Under the pieces are notes generated by a model. That model was not told where the DNA came from. It worked only from the letters and a program-made list of their open reading frames with translations, and did no database searches. 64,000 nt of DNA from Candidatus Caldarchaeum sp. GTDB taxonomy: Archaea; Thermoproteota; Nitrososphaeria_A; Caldarchaeales; Caldarchaeaceae. Each line of letters starts with the position of its first letter. Position 1 is the stretch's first letter. Shown in pieces: positions 29,040 to 39,275 of this stretch. The stretch lies in NCBI GenBank assembly GCA_038831915.1, contig JAWBKB010000001.1, positions 32,001 through 96,000 of the forward strand, written 5' to 3'. The position numbers and the translations under genes are program-made.

Positions 29040-29654
29040 TTATTCGGGTGCGGTCAAAAAAGCGACAGCCGAAAAGATATTGCTCAATAGGGCGCCGATT
29101 TGGAGCGGTAGTAATAGCAGGAAATAAGTTCCGCCCAAAGATCCGAAGTCGGCTAAAGCCATTGGGCTCGCCACAAACAGAGCAATAAACACAGCCACGA
29201 ACACCACAATCAAAAGGATGACGATAATTCTCATCCAGCCAGCTCTCCTAAACCATGCCGATCGGAAAACCGTGCCCGCGCGGAAATGAGAAGCCACTTC
29301 GAGGACGAAAGAAGCCATGCCGAGAGCCGCAAGCATGATAGCCCCAAGTATAAACGCGGCGAAGATGCCTACGATGTCCGGCATTATGGTGAAGAAGACG
29401 TCTGGGGTGATTTCCTTGAAGCCGTTCACAACCGGCAGCGCCAACAAAATAGAGAATATGGAGCCGAAGAAAAAAGCGAGAACTCCCATCAACGCCACAA
29501 AAGTCACAATCATAAGGACACCAGTTGCTTTGAAAAGGCTTTGGCCTGTATTTCTGCCGGCTTGAAACCACGCGATTCCAATCAATACGGGGGCGACAAT
29601 GTTTACAACCGGGATGATAGAGAGAATATATCCAATTCCACCCAGTATCTTCAA
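29040..29654 (-). CDS. DUF996-like membrane protein
   Basis: KILGGIG.ILS.IP start, TGQSLFKATG motif, multiple TM helices. Confidence 0.65.
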   Translation of the reverse strand: MKILGGIGYILSIIPVVNIVAPVLIGIAWFQAGRNTGQSLFKATGVLMIVTFVALMGVLAFFFGSIFSILLALPVVNGFKEITPDVFFTIMPDIVGIFAAFILGAIMLAALGMASFVLEVASHFRAGTVFRSAWFRRAGWMRIIVILLIVVFVAVFIALFVASPMALADFGSLGGTYFLLLLPLQIGALLSNIFSAVAFLTAPE

Positions 29655-29743
29655 GGTGTGTCTCGGTATTTTTCGACTGATATAAGGATTGCATTCGACT
29701 GTTTAAGATTATATTGATTCCGTGCTGTTCTTTTTTTGAGTAA

Positions 29744-30925
29744 ATGGCTGAAGAAGGTAGAGGTCTGCTTATACTGGTGGTCGACCGCGATGACGACCTC
29801 GGTCAGAAAGCAGAGGTCAGGGGGCCTGTTATAGGTAGACAGGAGAACCTCGATGCGGCGGTGAAGCTCGCATTAGCCGACCCCGAAGACCCCGACGCCA
29901 ACACAATCTTCTACGCGGTAAAACTTTATGATGACATGAGTCAGAAATTTGCCGGCGAGAAAATCGAAGTCGCCACCGTGACGGGTTCGCGGAAAGAAGG
30001 CATCGAAGCGGACATGAATGTTTTCAACCAGCTGCGGGAAGTTTTAGAAAAATTTCCCGCACAAAGATGTGTTTTCGTCAGCGACGGCGAAACTGACGCC
30101 GTCGTAACACCGATCATATCGTCCCAGCTCTCCATTGTATCTGTTCAAAGAGTGACAGTTCGACAAAGTCAGACCGTTGAACAGTCTTGGCTGATCCTTG
30201 GAAAATATCTCCGTCTTGGGTTAACAGACCCTCGTTATGCGAAATTTCTCGTCGGAATACCCGGCGGCTTCATCGCTCTCTCCGCTTTACTTAGCACTTT
30301 CGGTCTTGCCCAGCCTTCAATATTTCTCCTATTTCTCGGCTTGTTGCTGTTCTTTTGGGGTTTCAGGTTTGACATTCATCTTTCCAAACTATTCACGGGA
30401 TTTTACAGGATATCTCAGATGCCGGCAATTGGTCAAATAAGAGCCTTCGCCTACTTAAGCGCGGGAGCATCCCTACTCGTCGCCCTCTACCTCGGAATAT
30501 CCTCGGCTTACAGCACTTTCGTATCCCTCGGACTTTCGCAAGAACAACTCAGCGACCCCAGCGTAGTTCTCGCAACAACAGTTAGGCTAGCTGGTGTTTT
30601 CATCGGCCAAAGCATCGACTTGATAGCGGTAAGCGCCCTTATAGTCGTGCTATCCAACATGATATACTACTACATCATCCGCTACTACGGATTCTGGCGA
30701 ACCATTCACGCAGGAGTGCTCGCGATATGGCTTTGGGCGCTGTTGAAGAGAGCCGGCGTCATACTGCAACAGCCTCAAGCAATCTCGATAACCGATAGCT
30801 CGATATTTCTGTTCATTTTGACGGCGGTAATGGGCGTAATAACCCTCGGAATAACCTTCGCCATGACACGTATACTACGTTCAACCTTCGGGAAGCACTT
30901 CAAGAAAGGGACATCCAAACGTTAG
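29744..30925 (+). CDS. DUF373 family membrane protein
   Basis: LVVDRDDDLG.K, DPEDPDAN, VSDG, VRQS motifs followed by TM helices. Confidence 0.88.
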   Translation: MAEEGRGLLILVVDRDDDLGQKAEVRGPVIGRQENLDAAVKLALADPEDPDANTIFYAVKLYDDMSQKFAGEKIEVATVTGSRKEGIEADMNVFNQLREVLEKFPAQRCVFVSDGETDAVVTPIISSQLSIVSVQRVTVRQSQTVEQSWLILGKYLRLGLTDPRYAKFLVGIPGGFIALSALLSTFGLAQPSIFLLFLGLLLFFWGFRFDIHLSKLFTGFYRISQMPAIGQIRAFAYLSAGASLLVALYLGISSAYSTFVSLGLSQEQLSDPSVVLATTVRLAGVFIGQSIDLIAVSALIVVLSNMIYYYIIRYYGFWRTIHAGVLAIWLWALLKRAGVILQQPQAISITDSSIFLFILTAVMGVITLGITFAMTRILRSTFGKHFKKGTSKR

Positions 30926-30936
30926 GGGCTGAAAAA

Positions 30937-31719
30937 TTGTTACGAACTATCTTTCAAATGTTCGGCGTCTACTGGATGTATGAAAGATGGCTTCAGCACA
31001 CGGTTTCTTCCAAACCCATGCCGCAGCATATCGCTCTAATCCTAGATGGAAACCGGAGGTGGGCGAGAAGTAGGGGATGGCCGCCTTGGCGGGGCCACAT
31101 CGCCGGCGCGGACAAGGTTGAGGAAATTTTGGACTGGCTTCTCGACCTCGGAATCAAAACTGTTACACTGTATGTTCTATCGACGGAGAATTTGAGAAGA
31201 CCACCTGAAGAAGTCAACGAAATATTCCGATTGATAAAGGAAAAGGCTGAAAAACTTCTCAAAAGCCAGAAAATCCACCGCAACAAGGTGAAGGTCAAGG
31301 TTATCGGAAGCAAGGAGCTTTTACTCCGTGACGTTGCGGAAGCTCTTGAAAAGCTCGAGGAGGCGACGAAAAATTATGACAGGTATTTTCTCAACCTTGC
31401 AGTTGCGTATGGCGGCCGCAGGGAAATACTCGATGCTGTTAGAGCAGTGGCTGCCGAGGTGGAACGCGGCAATTTGTCCGTAGACCAGATTAACGAGGAA
31501 GTTTTCGAAGCGCATCTTTACACTAACGGTGTTCCGAACCCCGAGCCCGACCTCATCATCAGAACTTCAGGCGAATCGCGTATAAGCAATTTTCTACTCT
31601 GGCAGTCTGCTTACAGCGAATACGTTTTCCAAGACGTAAACCTCCCCGACTTTAGATACATCGACCTTTTACGCGCCATTCGAACTTATCAGAACCGTGA
31701 AAGAAGATATGGACTTTAA
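30937..31719 (+). CDS. uppS: cis-prenyltransferase (undecaprenyl diphosphate synthase family)
   Basis: ILDGNRRWA, STEN, YGGRREI, RTSGESRISNFLLWQ motifs. Confidence 0.95.
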   Translation: MLRTIFQMFGVYWMYERWLQHTVSSKPMPQHIALILDGNRRWARSRGWPPWRGHIAGADKVEEILDWLLDLGIKTVTLYVLSTENLRRPPEEVNEIFRLIKEKAEKLLKSQKIHRNKVKVKVIGSKELLLRDVAEALEKLEEATKNYDRYFLNLAVAYGGRREILDAVRAVAAEVERGNLSVDQINEEVFEAHLYTNGVPNPEPDLIIRTSGESRISNFLLWQSAYSEYVFQDVNLPDFRYIDLLRAIRTYQNRERRYGL

Positions 31720-32807
31720 CCTATTTCGAGAGACGAATCCGAGTCGGTCAGCTGCGTTATCTGTCGCGATGTAACGTGATAAATGTCGGAAACTGACAGC
31801 CCGTATCGGCCCGGAAGAAGCAGCTCGGGCCCTATCGACATGACGGTTGATTCGCGGATGATGTCGGCGCTTCCCGCCTGAATAAACGGCGGTTCTTCTT
31901 CCTCTATTCCAATTCCTTTCCCGAAAAGCGTCAGAGTCGACGGCTCGAAACCCATTTCGAGAGCATACGCTCTACCTCGGTCGTATATCGACACGGCTGA
32001 AGACCAAACTCCGAGAAGAGATTTTATGTATTCGTTGAGTTTGAGAAGCTGTTGGTGGTGTTTTACGATTTTTTCAGGTGCTTTTCCGCCGAAATAAAAC
32101 GTTCGAGAAACATGTGAAACATATCCCTCGTACGAGACGTAGACGGTGATTTTGACAAGTTCCTTCTGCCTTATCCCTCGCGTCATCATGCTGTTTGCTT
32201 TCAGAAAGGTGTCGTCGCCGAATGAAATCTGTGGGCTTCTCGCCAAATCAGCACCGGCACGGTAAACGGTATCCGCTATCGCTCGGCGAATGTCCGACGG
32301 AGTAGTACCGTCTGTCAGAATTTCTCGTGAAATGTCTAAAGCCAGACACGCGATCGACGAAGCTTTTTTCAATAGCTCGATTTCAAGCTCTGACTTGGTC
32401 TGCCGCTGCTCATAAACTATGTCCTTGACTGACGTCAAAGAAAGAGACGGATAAGTTTTGATGATGGATTGGTAGGTTTCAACAGGCATCGTGTCATAAC
32501 CCAACGTCATTCTTTTGTCGCCAATGTATTCGAGGGCGATTGGAATGAGGTCTCTTCGGCCGAATTTTTCAAGTATGGAGATTCTGCCCTCCAGAGGCGT
32601 GCTGACTGGCACGTTTGAGAAAATGTTGACGTCTCCGTCGCCTGAAACCACGAGAACACCGTTGCTGTAACCAGTGTAGTAGAAAACGTTCGCAGGGGAA
32701 GACAGCATGACGACTTCGATGGAGGACGACCTTAGGCGTGTCACCAGCTTCTCAAGCCTGTCTTCGTATATTTGCGGGTTCAACCGTTTTGACTCCATAA
32801 TTTCCAT
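31716..32807 (-). CDS. M24/creatinase-fold protein lacking metal ligands (probable pseudo-peptidase)
   Basis: NVFYYTG and RQTKSELEI scaffold motifs retained; catalytic motifs degenerate (SHVSRT, GKGIG, GPE, SVSD). Confidence 0.75.
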   Translation of the reverse strand: MEIMESKRLNPQIYEDRLEKLVTRLRSSSIEVVMLSSPANVFYYTGYSNGVLVVSGDGDVNIFSNVPVSTPLEGRISILEKFGRRDLIPIALEYIGDKRMTLGYDTMPVETYQSIIKTYPSLSLTSVKDIVYEQRQTKSELEIELLKKASSIACLALDISREILTDGTTPSDIRRAIADTVYRAGADLARSPQISFGDDTFLKANSMMTRGIRQKELVKITVYVSYEGYVSHVSRTFYFGGKAPEKIVKHHQQLLKLNEYIKSLLGVWSSAVSIYDRGRAYALEMGFEPSTLTLFGKGIGIEEEEPPFIQAGSADIIRESTVMSIGPELLLPGRYGLSVSDIYHVTSRQITQLTDSDSSLEIG

Positions 32808-32916
32808 ATTTATGCATAGAAGAGGCCCTGAGTTTTACCTCGAAAATTCCACAATATCACCGGTGTAGAAGAGCCGCGGCATGTTGATAAACATCCAAAT
32901 AACTCATTTTAGCCGA

Positions 32917-35900
32917 ATGGTTTGGATAAAATCCATCACGATTCAGGGTTTTAAATCGTTTGGAAACAAACGTACAACTATTAAGATGCCGCTTGGGCTT
33001 GTCGTGATTACAGGCCCCAACGGCGGCGGGAAATCAACCGTTCTTGACGCGGTGAAGTTCGCGTTGGGGGAGTTGAGCGCCCATAACTTGCGAGTCGACC
33101 GGTTCTCCAAGCTTTTACACGAATCAAGCAAGGGTATTGATAACTCGGCTTACGTCACCATTTCTCTCGATAATTCAGACCACAGCCTACCGGTGGATTC
33201 CGAAGAAGTCGTCATCACGAGAAAACTGTATGCCACGGGCGAAAGCGAATACATTCTAAATGGTAGAACAGTTTCCCGAAACGAGATACTCACAATTCTT
33301 GCTGCCGCAAACATCAAGCCTGACGGCCTCAACCTCGTAACACAGGGCTCCGTGGTTGGAATAGCGGAAATGACGAGCAAGGAAATCCGCCAAGTTTTAG
33401 AGGATGCCGCTGGGATATCGGGGTATAGGAAGCGGAGAGACGAAGCCTACAAAGAGCTTGAGGTCGCGCAGAAAAACATTGACATCGCCAAGGCCGCTAC
33501 ATCAGAGGTTAGAGCCCGTGTCAAACAGTTGGAAATAGAACGAAACCAGCTTCTCCGCAAAAACCTTCTCGAAAAAGCCATCAACTCTTTGAAATCAGTT
33601 TCACTAATAAACGAGGCGAAATCTCTCAGAGAATCTTTGACTGCGCTGGAAAACCGAGACATAGAAATCGTGGCCTCCATGTCATCTAAACAGAAAGAGG
33701 CTGATGAAATTCGACAAACCTTAGCGGCTGCGAAGAACGAAGTTGAACAGCTTACAACAAGAATGGATGAAATAATAAACCAGCTTCGCGAAACAGACCG
33801 ACAAATCTATTCGCTCGACTCACAGAAAACCAGGAAACACGTCGAAAAAAATTCTGCGCAGAATGCGTTGCAACGATCAACCCTACAGCAGAAAATCCTC
33901 CGCGAAAGAATTGAAAAATGGCGAGAAAGAACTGCTCAGCTTCAACAACTTTTTGAAAAGAAGAAAGCCGAAGCGGAGAAAACTCTTTCCGAATACACAG
34001 CCCTGGAACAATACATCAGCACATTGCGTAACGAAGTTGAAGAACAGAGGTCAGCAGTCAACGAAGTAGAAAACCGATACACAGCTATTCTTGAAGAATT
34101 AAGGTTTCTCAAAATAAGCGATGATGGAAAATCGCTTCTCATCGAAAATCTTGAAAAACAAATAAGTAGAAAGCAGGCGGAGAAAGCAGAAGCCGAGAAA
34201 CAGGTCATCGAAAACCAAAACCGTATAAACAGTGTACAATCCAAGCTAAACCAGGTCACGAAGGATATCGAATTGAGTTCCTCCCAAATTGCCGAAGCAT
34301 CAGCCCACCTCGAGGAGCTTGAAAAAAACATACTTGATGAGACGGAGAAAATCAGCCGCATCGAAAAGACACTGGAAGAAGCACGGATGCTGAAGACCTC
34401 CATCCAACAAATGGTGGATACTTTGCGAACTGAAGAAAACGGTGAAGTTTCCAACGGGGGCGTTAAGACGGTTCGCTCTGTTTTGGGAAATAAGATGACT
34501 GATTGGCACAAAGCCGTCGTTGGCGATTGGCTAAACGCCGTCGTAGTGGATGATTTTCAGACAGCTCATATGCTGGCGTCAACGGCGGCTGAAAATCGAA
34601 TTCCGTTAAAAATCGTCTTCGAGCCGCTTGATGTAGACGAGCTGGTCGGGGCGCTGGCTCACGGCTCCAATCCGAGAGCCCTCGATTCTGTCAAGAAGCT
34701 TACCGTTATGGACAGAAATGTCGCTACGGCGGACGGTGTCTACGTTGGGCCGCGAGGTCTTATCAGCGTCTTCGCCGAGAAAAACAGAGAACAGATAGTC
34801 GAACACCTAGTCCAAAACCTACAAAAAATACAGACGATCGAAGAAAAACTTTCGAAAGCCCGAGAGGCTAAAAATTTGAAGCTGGCAGATCTCAGAAAAC
34901 AGAGTTCAGACATTCGTTCCCAACTATCGGGTCTGCGGGAAAAAGTGCAGGCGAAAAGCCTCGAGAAAGCTAAGCTCGAAACCGAATTCGAAACCCTGAT
35001 GAAAACACATGAAACATTGAACCAGAGGATTCGTACAGCTGACGATGAGCGCTCACGGCTTGAAGCTGAAAAACGAAAACTTCTGCAACTTGTTCAAGAG
35101 AAAACGGACGACCTTTCAAAAATCCAAGCGTTGAAAACGGAGCTTGAAACACAGCGGGCCGCGCTTAAACGTTTGGAAGAGCTTCTTCGTCAGAAATCGC
35201 TTCAGTCATCCAATCTTTACCGAGCTCATGTAAACGTTGAACGCGAAATCGACGCGCTGAACATCGAGCTGGGAAAACTCGCCGAACTAATTTCCCAGGC
35301 CGAAAAAGAGCTCGAATCAAATCTTGCTCTCGACGAAAAACTTAGCCAAGACCTTGAAAAAATTACGGTCGAAATCGAAAACATCGATAATCAGCTGTCG
35401 GAAATCAATCGCCGAAAAAACGAGCTTGAAGAGACGCGAAAACAACTGTCTTCTCAGATAAACGAGAAAAACATGTTGGTTCGGCAGCTCGAGCAGAAGC
35501 TTTCCTCTATTTTGGTGGAATTGGATGAATTGGAGAAACAGCACAACGTCTTGGCTGTTGAAAGAGTTCGGATTGAAGCTATGCTCAAGACTCTGAATGA
35601 CCGGCTGCAGTCTTTCACCGACCCAAACCAAGAGGAATCAGTGCTTCCAACATCGCTATTCCAGCTGCTGGAAAACGAGTACGCCGAAATTCCAGTCGTC
35701 AACCAGCTCGCCGCTATGCAATACGACTCTATCATCGAGAACTATAGGCTGCGGTCCAGCCGGATTAACGAACTCGAACTTGAGAGAAAACGGATTCTTG
35801 ACTTGATAGAATCCATCAACCGAGAGGAGGCTGAAGCTTTCTCAAAAGCTTTGAAATCGGTTTCGGATTCGTTTGGCTTTTATTTCAACCAGTTGACGGG

Positions 35901-36297
35901 GGGAGAAGGTTTTCTCCGGCTTGAAAATCCAGAAGACCCTTTGGCCTCAGGGGTTGAAATGGTGGTCAAATTCATCGGCAAGCAGGCCCGTAGCACCGTA
36001 TCAATAAGCGGTGGTGAAAAATCTGTTTCGGCGGTGGCGTTAATTCTCGCACTGCAGGACTTAACACCAGCTCAGTTCTACATTTTCGACGAAATAGACG
36101 CACATCTTGACAACGTTTACGTGAAAAACCTCGTCAACCTATTGAAGAAAATGTCGTCGAAGAAACAGATAATAATCATCACTTTGAAGGACATCATTGC
36201 TGAGCATGCGGATGCCTTGTTCGGAGTTTACATGGTTAACGAGTCTTCACACGTTGTGAGGACGAAGTTGGCCGAGGTGGTTGATGTTGGAAAATGA
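32917..36297 (+). CDS. smc: Chromosome segregation protein SMC
   Basis: GFKSF, Walker A GPNGGGKS, long coiled coils, ISGGEKS signature, FDEIDAHLD Walker B. Confidence 0.95.
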   Translation: MVWIKSITIQGFKSFGNKRTTIKMPLGLVVITGPNGGGKSTVLDAVKFALGELSAHNLRVDRFSKLLHESSKGIDNSAYVTISLDNSDHSLPVDSEEVVITRKLYATGESEYILNGRTVSRNEILTILAAANIKPDGLNLVTQGSVVGIAEMTSKEIRQVLEDAAGISGYRKRRDEAYKELEVAQKNIDIAKAATSEVRARVKQLEIERNQLLRKNLLEKAINSLKSVSLINEAKSLRESLTALENRDIEIVASMSSKQKEADEIRQTLAAAKNEVEQLTTRMDEIINQLRETDRQIYSLDSQKTRKHVEKNSAQNALQRSTLQQKILRERIEKWRERTAQLQQLFEKKKAEAEKTLSEYTALEQYISTLRNEVEEQRSAVNEVENRYTAILEELRFLKISDDGKSLLIENLEKQISRKQAEKAEAEKQVIENQNRINSVQSKLNQVTKDIELSSSQIAEASAHLEELEKNILDETEKISRIEKTLEEARMLKTSIQQMVDTLRTEENGEVSNGGVKTVRSVLGNKMTDWHKAVVGDWLNAVVVDDFQTAHMLASTAAENRIPLKIVFEPLDVDELVGALAHGSNPRALDSVKKLTVMDRNVATADGVYVGPRGLISVFAEKNREQIVEHLVQNLQKIQTIEEKLSKAREAKNLKLADLRKQSSDIRSQLSGLREKVQAKSLEKAKLETEFETLMKTHETLNQRIRTADDERSRLEAEKRKLLQLVQEKTDDLSKIQALKTELETQRAALKRLEELLRQKSLQSSNLYRAHVNVEREIDALNIELGKLAELISQAEKELESNLALDEKLSQDLEKITVEIENIDNQLSEINRRKNELEETRKQLSSQINEKNMLVRQLEQKLSSILVELDELEKQHNVLAVERVRIEAMLKTLNDRLQSFTDPNQEESVLPTSLFQLLENEYAEIPVVNQLAAMQYDSIIENYRLRSSRINELELERKRILDLIESINREEAEAFSKALKSVSDSFGFYFNQLTGGEGFLRLENPEDPLASGVEMVVKFIGKQARSTVSISGGEKSVSAVALILALQDLTPAQFYIFDEIDAHLDNVYVKNLVNLLKKMSSKKQIIIITLKDIIAEHADALFGVYMVNESSHVVRTKLAEVVDVGK

Positions 36298-36958
36298 TTT
36301 AGCGGAACAGTTGATGACAGCCCCATGGAGGATACTTTTCGACGTAACGCGAATCGACAGGATAAAAGTCTGGGAAATACAGCTGGCTGAAATACTTTAC
36401 GAATTTTCGCGGACTCTCCGTAGTCAAGGCTATATCGACTTCAACCTATGCGGCATAGCTGTCCATTCCGCCGCTGTCATCCATCGAATCAAGTCGGAAA
36501 AATTATTGCAGGGGGATGTGCCGCCCAAACCAAAGCCCAAACCAGAAATAACCGTTCTACCCCCCATCGAGCTTCCGTTCAAACCTGAATTGATGACAGC
36601 GACGATACAAGAAATAGTCACGGCGTTGCAGAAAGCTTTGTCACAGTCGACGCGCAAAAAGGCTGATTCAGTTCCGCCACAAATTCAGGAAAACAGAATA
36701 ATCCTCAACGAATTTATTGTCAAAATAGAAGAAGAATTGGACAAATTCATCGAAAAGTTAAGAATTTTATTTGGACAGCGGAATTCTGTTTCTTTTTCCG
36801 AGCTTGTTTATGGATGCAGTCGTCTGGAGGCCGCGCAGACGTTCATATTGTTGTTGTTTGCGGCGGTCCGTCGGTATGTTTTGCTCTTTCAACCCGAAGA
36901 CGCCGGCGATTTGGTGGTCATAAGAGGTGAAATGATTGGACAAACTTCAGGAAGGTAA
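36281..36958 (+). CDS. scpA: Kleisin ScpA
   Basis: WEIQL, GIAVHSAA..HRIKS and TFILLLF motifs; directly downstream of smc. Confidence 0.85.
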   Translation: MMLENDLAEQLMTAPWRILFDVTRIDRIKVWEIQLAEILYEFSRTLRSQGYIDFNLCGIAVHSAAVIHRIKSEKLLQGDVPPKPKPKPEITVLPPIELPFKPELMTATIQEIVTALQKALSQSTRKKADSVPPQIQENRIILNEFIVKIEEELDKFIEKLRILFGQRNSVSFSELVYGCSRLEAAQTFILLLFAAVRRYVLLFQPEDAGDLVVIRGEMIGQTSGR

Positions 36959-37538
36959 GGTGCTTGCCGAGGCAGTGTTGTTTGCTAGCGATAAACCTGT
37001 GCCGCTTAAAACCCTTCAAAGAGCTATAGGCACTCGTTCACCTGATAAAGTCAGGAAAATTGTTGAGATGCTGAAGCAGGAATATAGCGGACGAGCTGTG
37101 GAAATCGTCGAACTCGAGGGCGACAGGTTTTTCATGAGGCTGAGGCCCGACCTCATGAACATAGTCAAGAGATACACCCGCCGCAAAGTTCTTCCACACG
37201 GTGTTCTTAAAACGTTAGCCACTATCGCGTATTATCAACCGCTCCCGCTATCAACTCTCGCAGCGATACGGGGTAAGGACGCCTATCGCCAGCTCAAAAT
37301 TCTCGTCGAAAGGGGGTTGGTTGAAACCGAGAAAAAAGGCAGGACTTCTCTGCTTCGGACGACATCCCTTTTCGCAGACTTTTTCGGAATCGAAAACAAC
37401 CCAAACGCAGTAAAGTCCTTGATTGAGAAGATGATTGCTTCTCAGGATGAATCAAGTATAAAACATGCCTTAAAACCTGTGAAAAGCGATGGTTCAGTGG
37501 CACACCGACATTCACAAGAGAAAGAAGACGGGCGCTAA
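36936..37538 (+). CDS. scpB: SMC-Scp complex subunit ScpB
   Basis: EAVLFAS, KTLATIAYYQP, IRG, FADFFG motifs. Confidence 0.92.
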   Translation: MDKLQEGKVLAEAVLFASDKPVPLKTLQRAIGTRSPDKVRKIVEMLKQEYSGRAVEIVELEGDRFFMRLRPDLMNIVKRYTRRKVLPHGVLKTLATIAYYQPLPLSTLAAIRGKDAYRQLKILVERGLVETEKKGRTSLLRTTSLFADFFGIENNPNAVKSLIEKMIASQDESSIKHALKPVKSDGSVAHRHSQEKEDGR

Positions 37539-37878
37539 GGCTCATCCAAGCTCGGGCAAGCGTAAAAGGGAGCGAGGCGGGGAAATTCATCTTGTTTCAC
37601 TCGGTAATCCGGAAACGGTTGTTAGGCGAGCGCGGGGCGGGAACTTGAAAACCGCAGTTATTTCGACCAATTTCGCAAACGTGGCCATCGGGCCCGTTGT
37701 CAAAAGGCTTGAAATTCTCCGCGTGATTTCCAACCCCAGCAACAGAGACTACGACCGCAGAAAGGTGATCACTAGGGGTGCGTTGATAGAAACGGCGGAG
37801 GGAATCGCCCGAGTTACTTCTTCCCCGGGCCAAGATGGAACGGTTAACGCCGTTCTCGTCAAACAGGGACAGGCTTGA
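37489..37878 (+). CDS. rps8e: 30S ribosomal protein S8e
   Basis: KRKKTG, RARGGNLK, TSSPGQDGTVNAV motifs. Confidence 0.96.
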   Translation: MVQWHTDIHKRKKTGAKAHPSSGKRKRERGGEIHLVSLGNPETVVRRARGGNLKTAVISTNFANVAIGPVVKRLEILRVISNPSNRDYDRRKVITRGALIETAEGIARVTSSPGQDGTVNAVLVKQGQA

Positions 37879-38162
37879 TTAGACGTGACGGCTTGATTTT
37901 ATGGCCTGTGTATTTTGACGTTAAAGTTTCAAGGAATGAAGGCAGGCGTGTTCCGCAAAAGCTTGCCGTGAATAAAGTTTCTGTCGACGACTTGGCCAAG
38001 GTTTGTAAAAAGCTTGAGCTTGACGTTGAGAAGGTTGACGGAAGCCATCCACGGTTTTGGTTTCGAAAAACCGGATACGTAATTGTCAAACCACGTTCAA
38101 AGTTGTCGAAGCAGAGGTTGGTCAGAATAGTCGCCGAGGAGCTGGGAAAGCTTGGTGAATAA
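37875..38162 (+). CDS. srp19: Signal recognition particle protein SRP19
   Basis: LWPVYFD...SRNEGRRVP and HPRFW motifs. Confidence 0.93.
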   Translation: MIRRDGLILWPVYFDVKVSRNEGRRVPQKLAVNKVSVDDLAKVCKKLELDVEKVDGSHPRFWFRKTGYVIVKPRSKLSKQRLVRIVAEELGKLGE

Positions 38163-38403
38163 ACAGTCGTCGCTTCGGAGGCTGAAGCTTCTCGGCGAGG
38201 TTTTCCGCGTCGGGAGAACACGTGTCGTCGTAAAAGCATATCTGGTTCCAAAGCTCGCGGCCCGTGTTTACGATGGGAAGGGCAGGGAACTGGGTTATGT
38301 TTCGAACGTTTTTGGCCCCGTAACTTCACCATTTGTTTCGCTTAAGCTTTTGGAAGACCGGGAAGTGCGGGAAGGTGATGACATATATATAGAGAAAACA
38401 TGA
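38152..38403 (+). CDS. gar1: H/ACA RNP protein Gar1
   Basis: LGYVSNVFGPVTSPF motif; srp19-gar1-tfb gene context. Confidence 0.9.
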   Translation: MVNKQSSLRRLKLLGEVFRVGRTRVVVKAYLVPKLAARVYDGKGRELGYVSNVFGPVTSPFVSLKLLEDREVREGDDIYIEKT

Positions 38404-39218
38404 ACTGCCCGGTCTGCGGAGCTACCTCGCATGTTTTAGATAGTTTGACAGGTGAGGTTGTATGCAGTTTTTGCGGTGCAGTCATCGAGGAAAAAACCGT
38501 TTCTACAAAAGCCACACAAAAAATGTTGGCCAATTCAAGAGGTGGCGTCGGGCCTCCTGTAACAGAGCTTCTGCATGATAAAGGGATTGGCACGATAAGG
38601 TCGGGAAGGTTTTCGCCGCGCGATGAGAAGCTATTGGTCCGGCTTCTCGGCGATGTTTTCTGGGTGGCTGACAAAATTTGTGTGCCCAGAGAGGTGGCTG
38701 AAACGGCGGGCGAGCTCGCCAGAAAGGCTGTAGCAACCAAAGCGGTTAAAAAGGCACGGAAAACAACAGCCGCTGCTCTCGTCTACATTTCATGCAGTCA
38801 TCACGGTTTCTGCAGAACCCTTGAAGATATAGCTTCAAACACCGACATACCTGTAAACCAGCTCAACCGTGAAGTGGGACGAATGGTTTTCGGGCTCAAA
38901 ATCAAGGTTAAGCCCCTTGACGTGTCTTCTTTGATTGAAAGGATTTCGAGAAGTTTAGAGCTGAGCCATGAAACAACCGCAGCAGCGTGTGAAATTTACA
39001 GAATTTCGACCTTTTCGAGAAAGCTCGCGGGGCGGAAGCCATCGGCGATTTCTGCAGCGGCTGTTTACATCGCTTGCCGCAAACACGGCGTCAAAACCAC
39101 TATGACACAATTGGCCGAAGCGGGTAAAATTAGCCTCCTGACGCTCCGGAAAACCATAACACTGCTGGAATCGATACTTGAAGAACTCAGAAACAAGGGA
39201 GAAAACAACCAAAAATGA
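38400..39218 (+). CDS. tfb: Transcription initiation factor B (atypical, short)
   Basis: CPVCG...GEVVCSFCG Zn ribbon, LHDKGIGT, two cyclin repeats (AAALVYISC; GRKPSAISAAAVYIAC). Confidence 0.85.
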   Translation: MNCPVCGATSHVLDSLTGEVVCSFCGAVIEEKTVSTKATQKMLANSRGGVGPPVTELLHDKGIGTIRSGRFSPRDEKLLVRLLGDVFWVADKICVPREVAETAGELARKAVATKAVKKARKTTAAALVYISCSHHGFCRTLEDIASNTDIPVNQLNREVGRMVFGLKIKVKPLDVSSLIERISRSLELSHETTAAACEIYRISTFSRKLAGRKPSAISAAAVYIACRKHGVKTTMTQLAEAGKISLLTLRKTITLLESILEELRNKGENNQK

Positions 39219-39275
39219 ATAAACATCCATCAGCTTTAAGTTGGAGCTATATAGTTATAATATATTGGATAAACT

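Noticed and set aside
33400-35850. Low-complexity, periodic A-rich sequence
   Set aside because: Reflects SMC coiled-coil E/K/L codons, not a DNA repeat.
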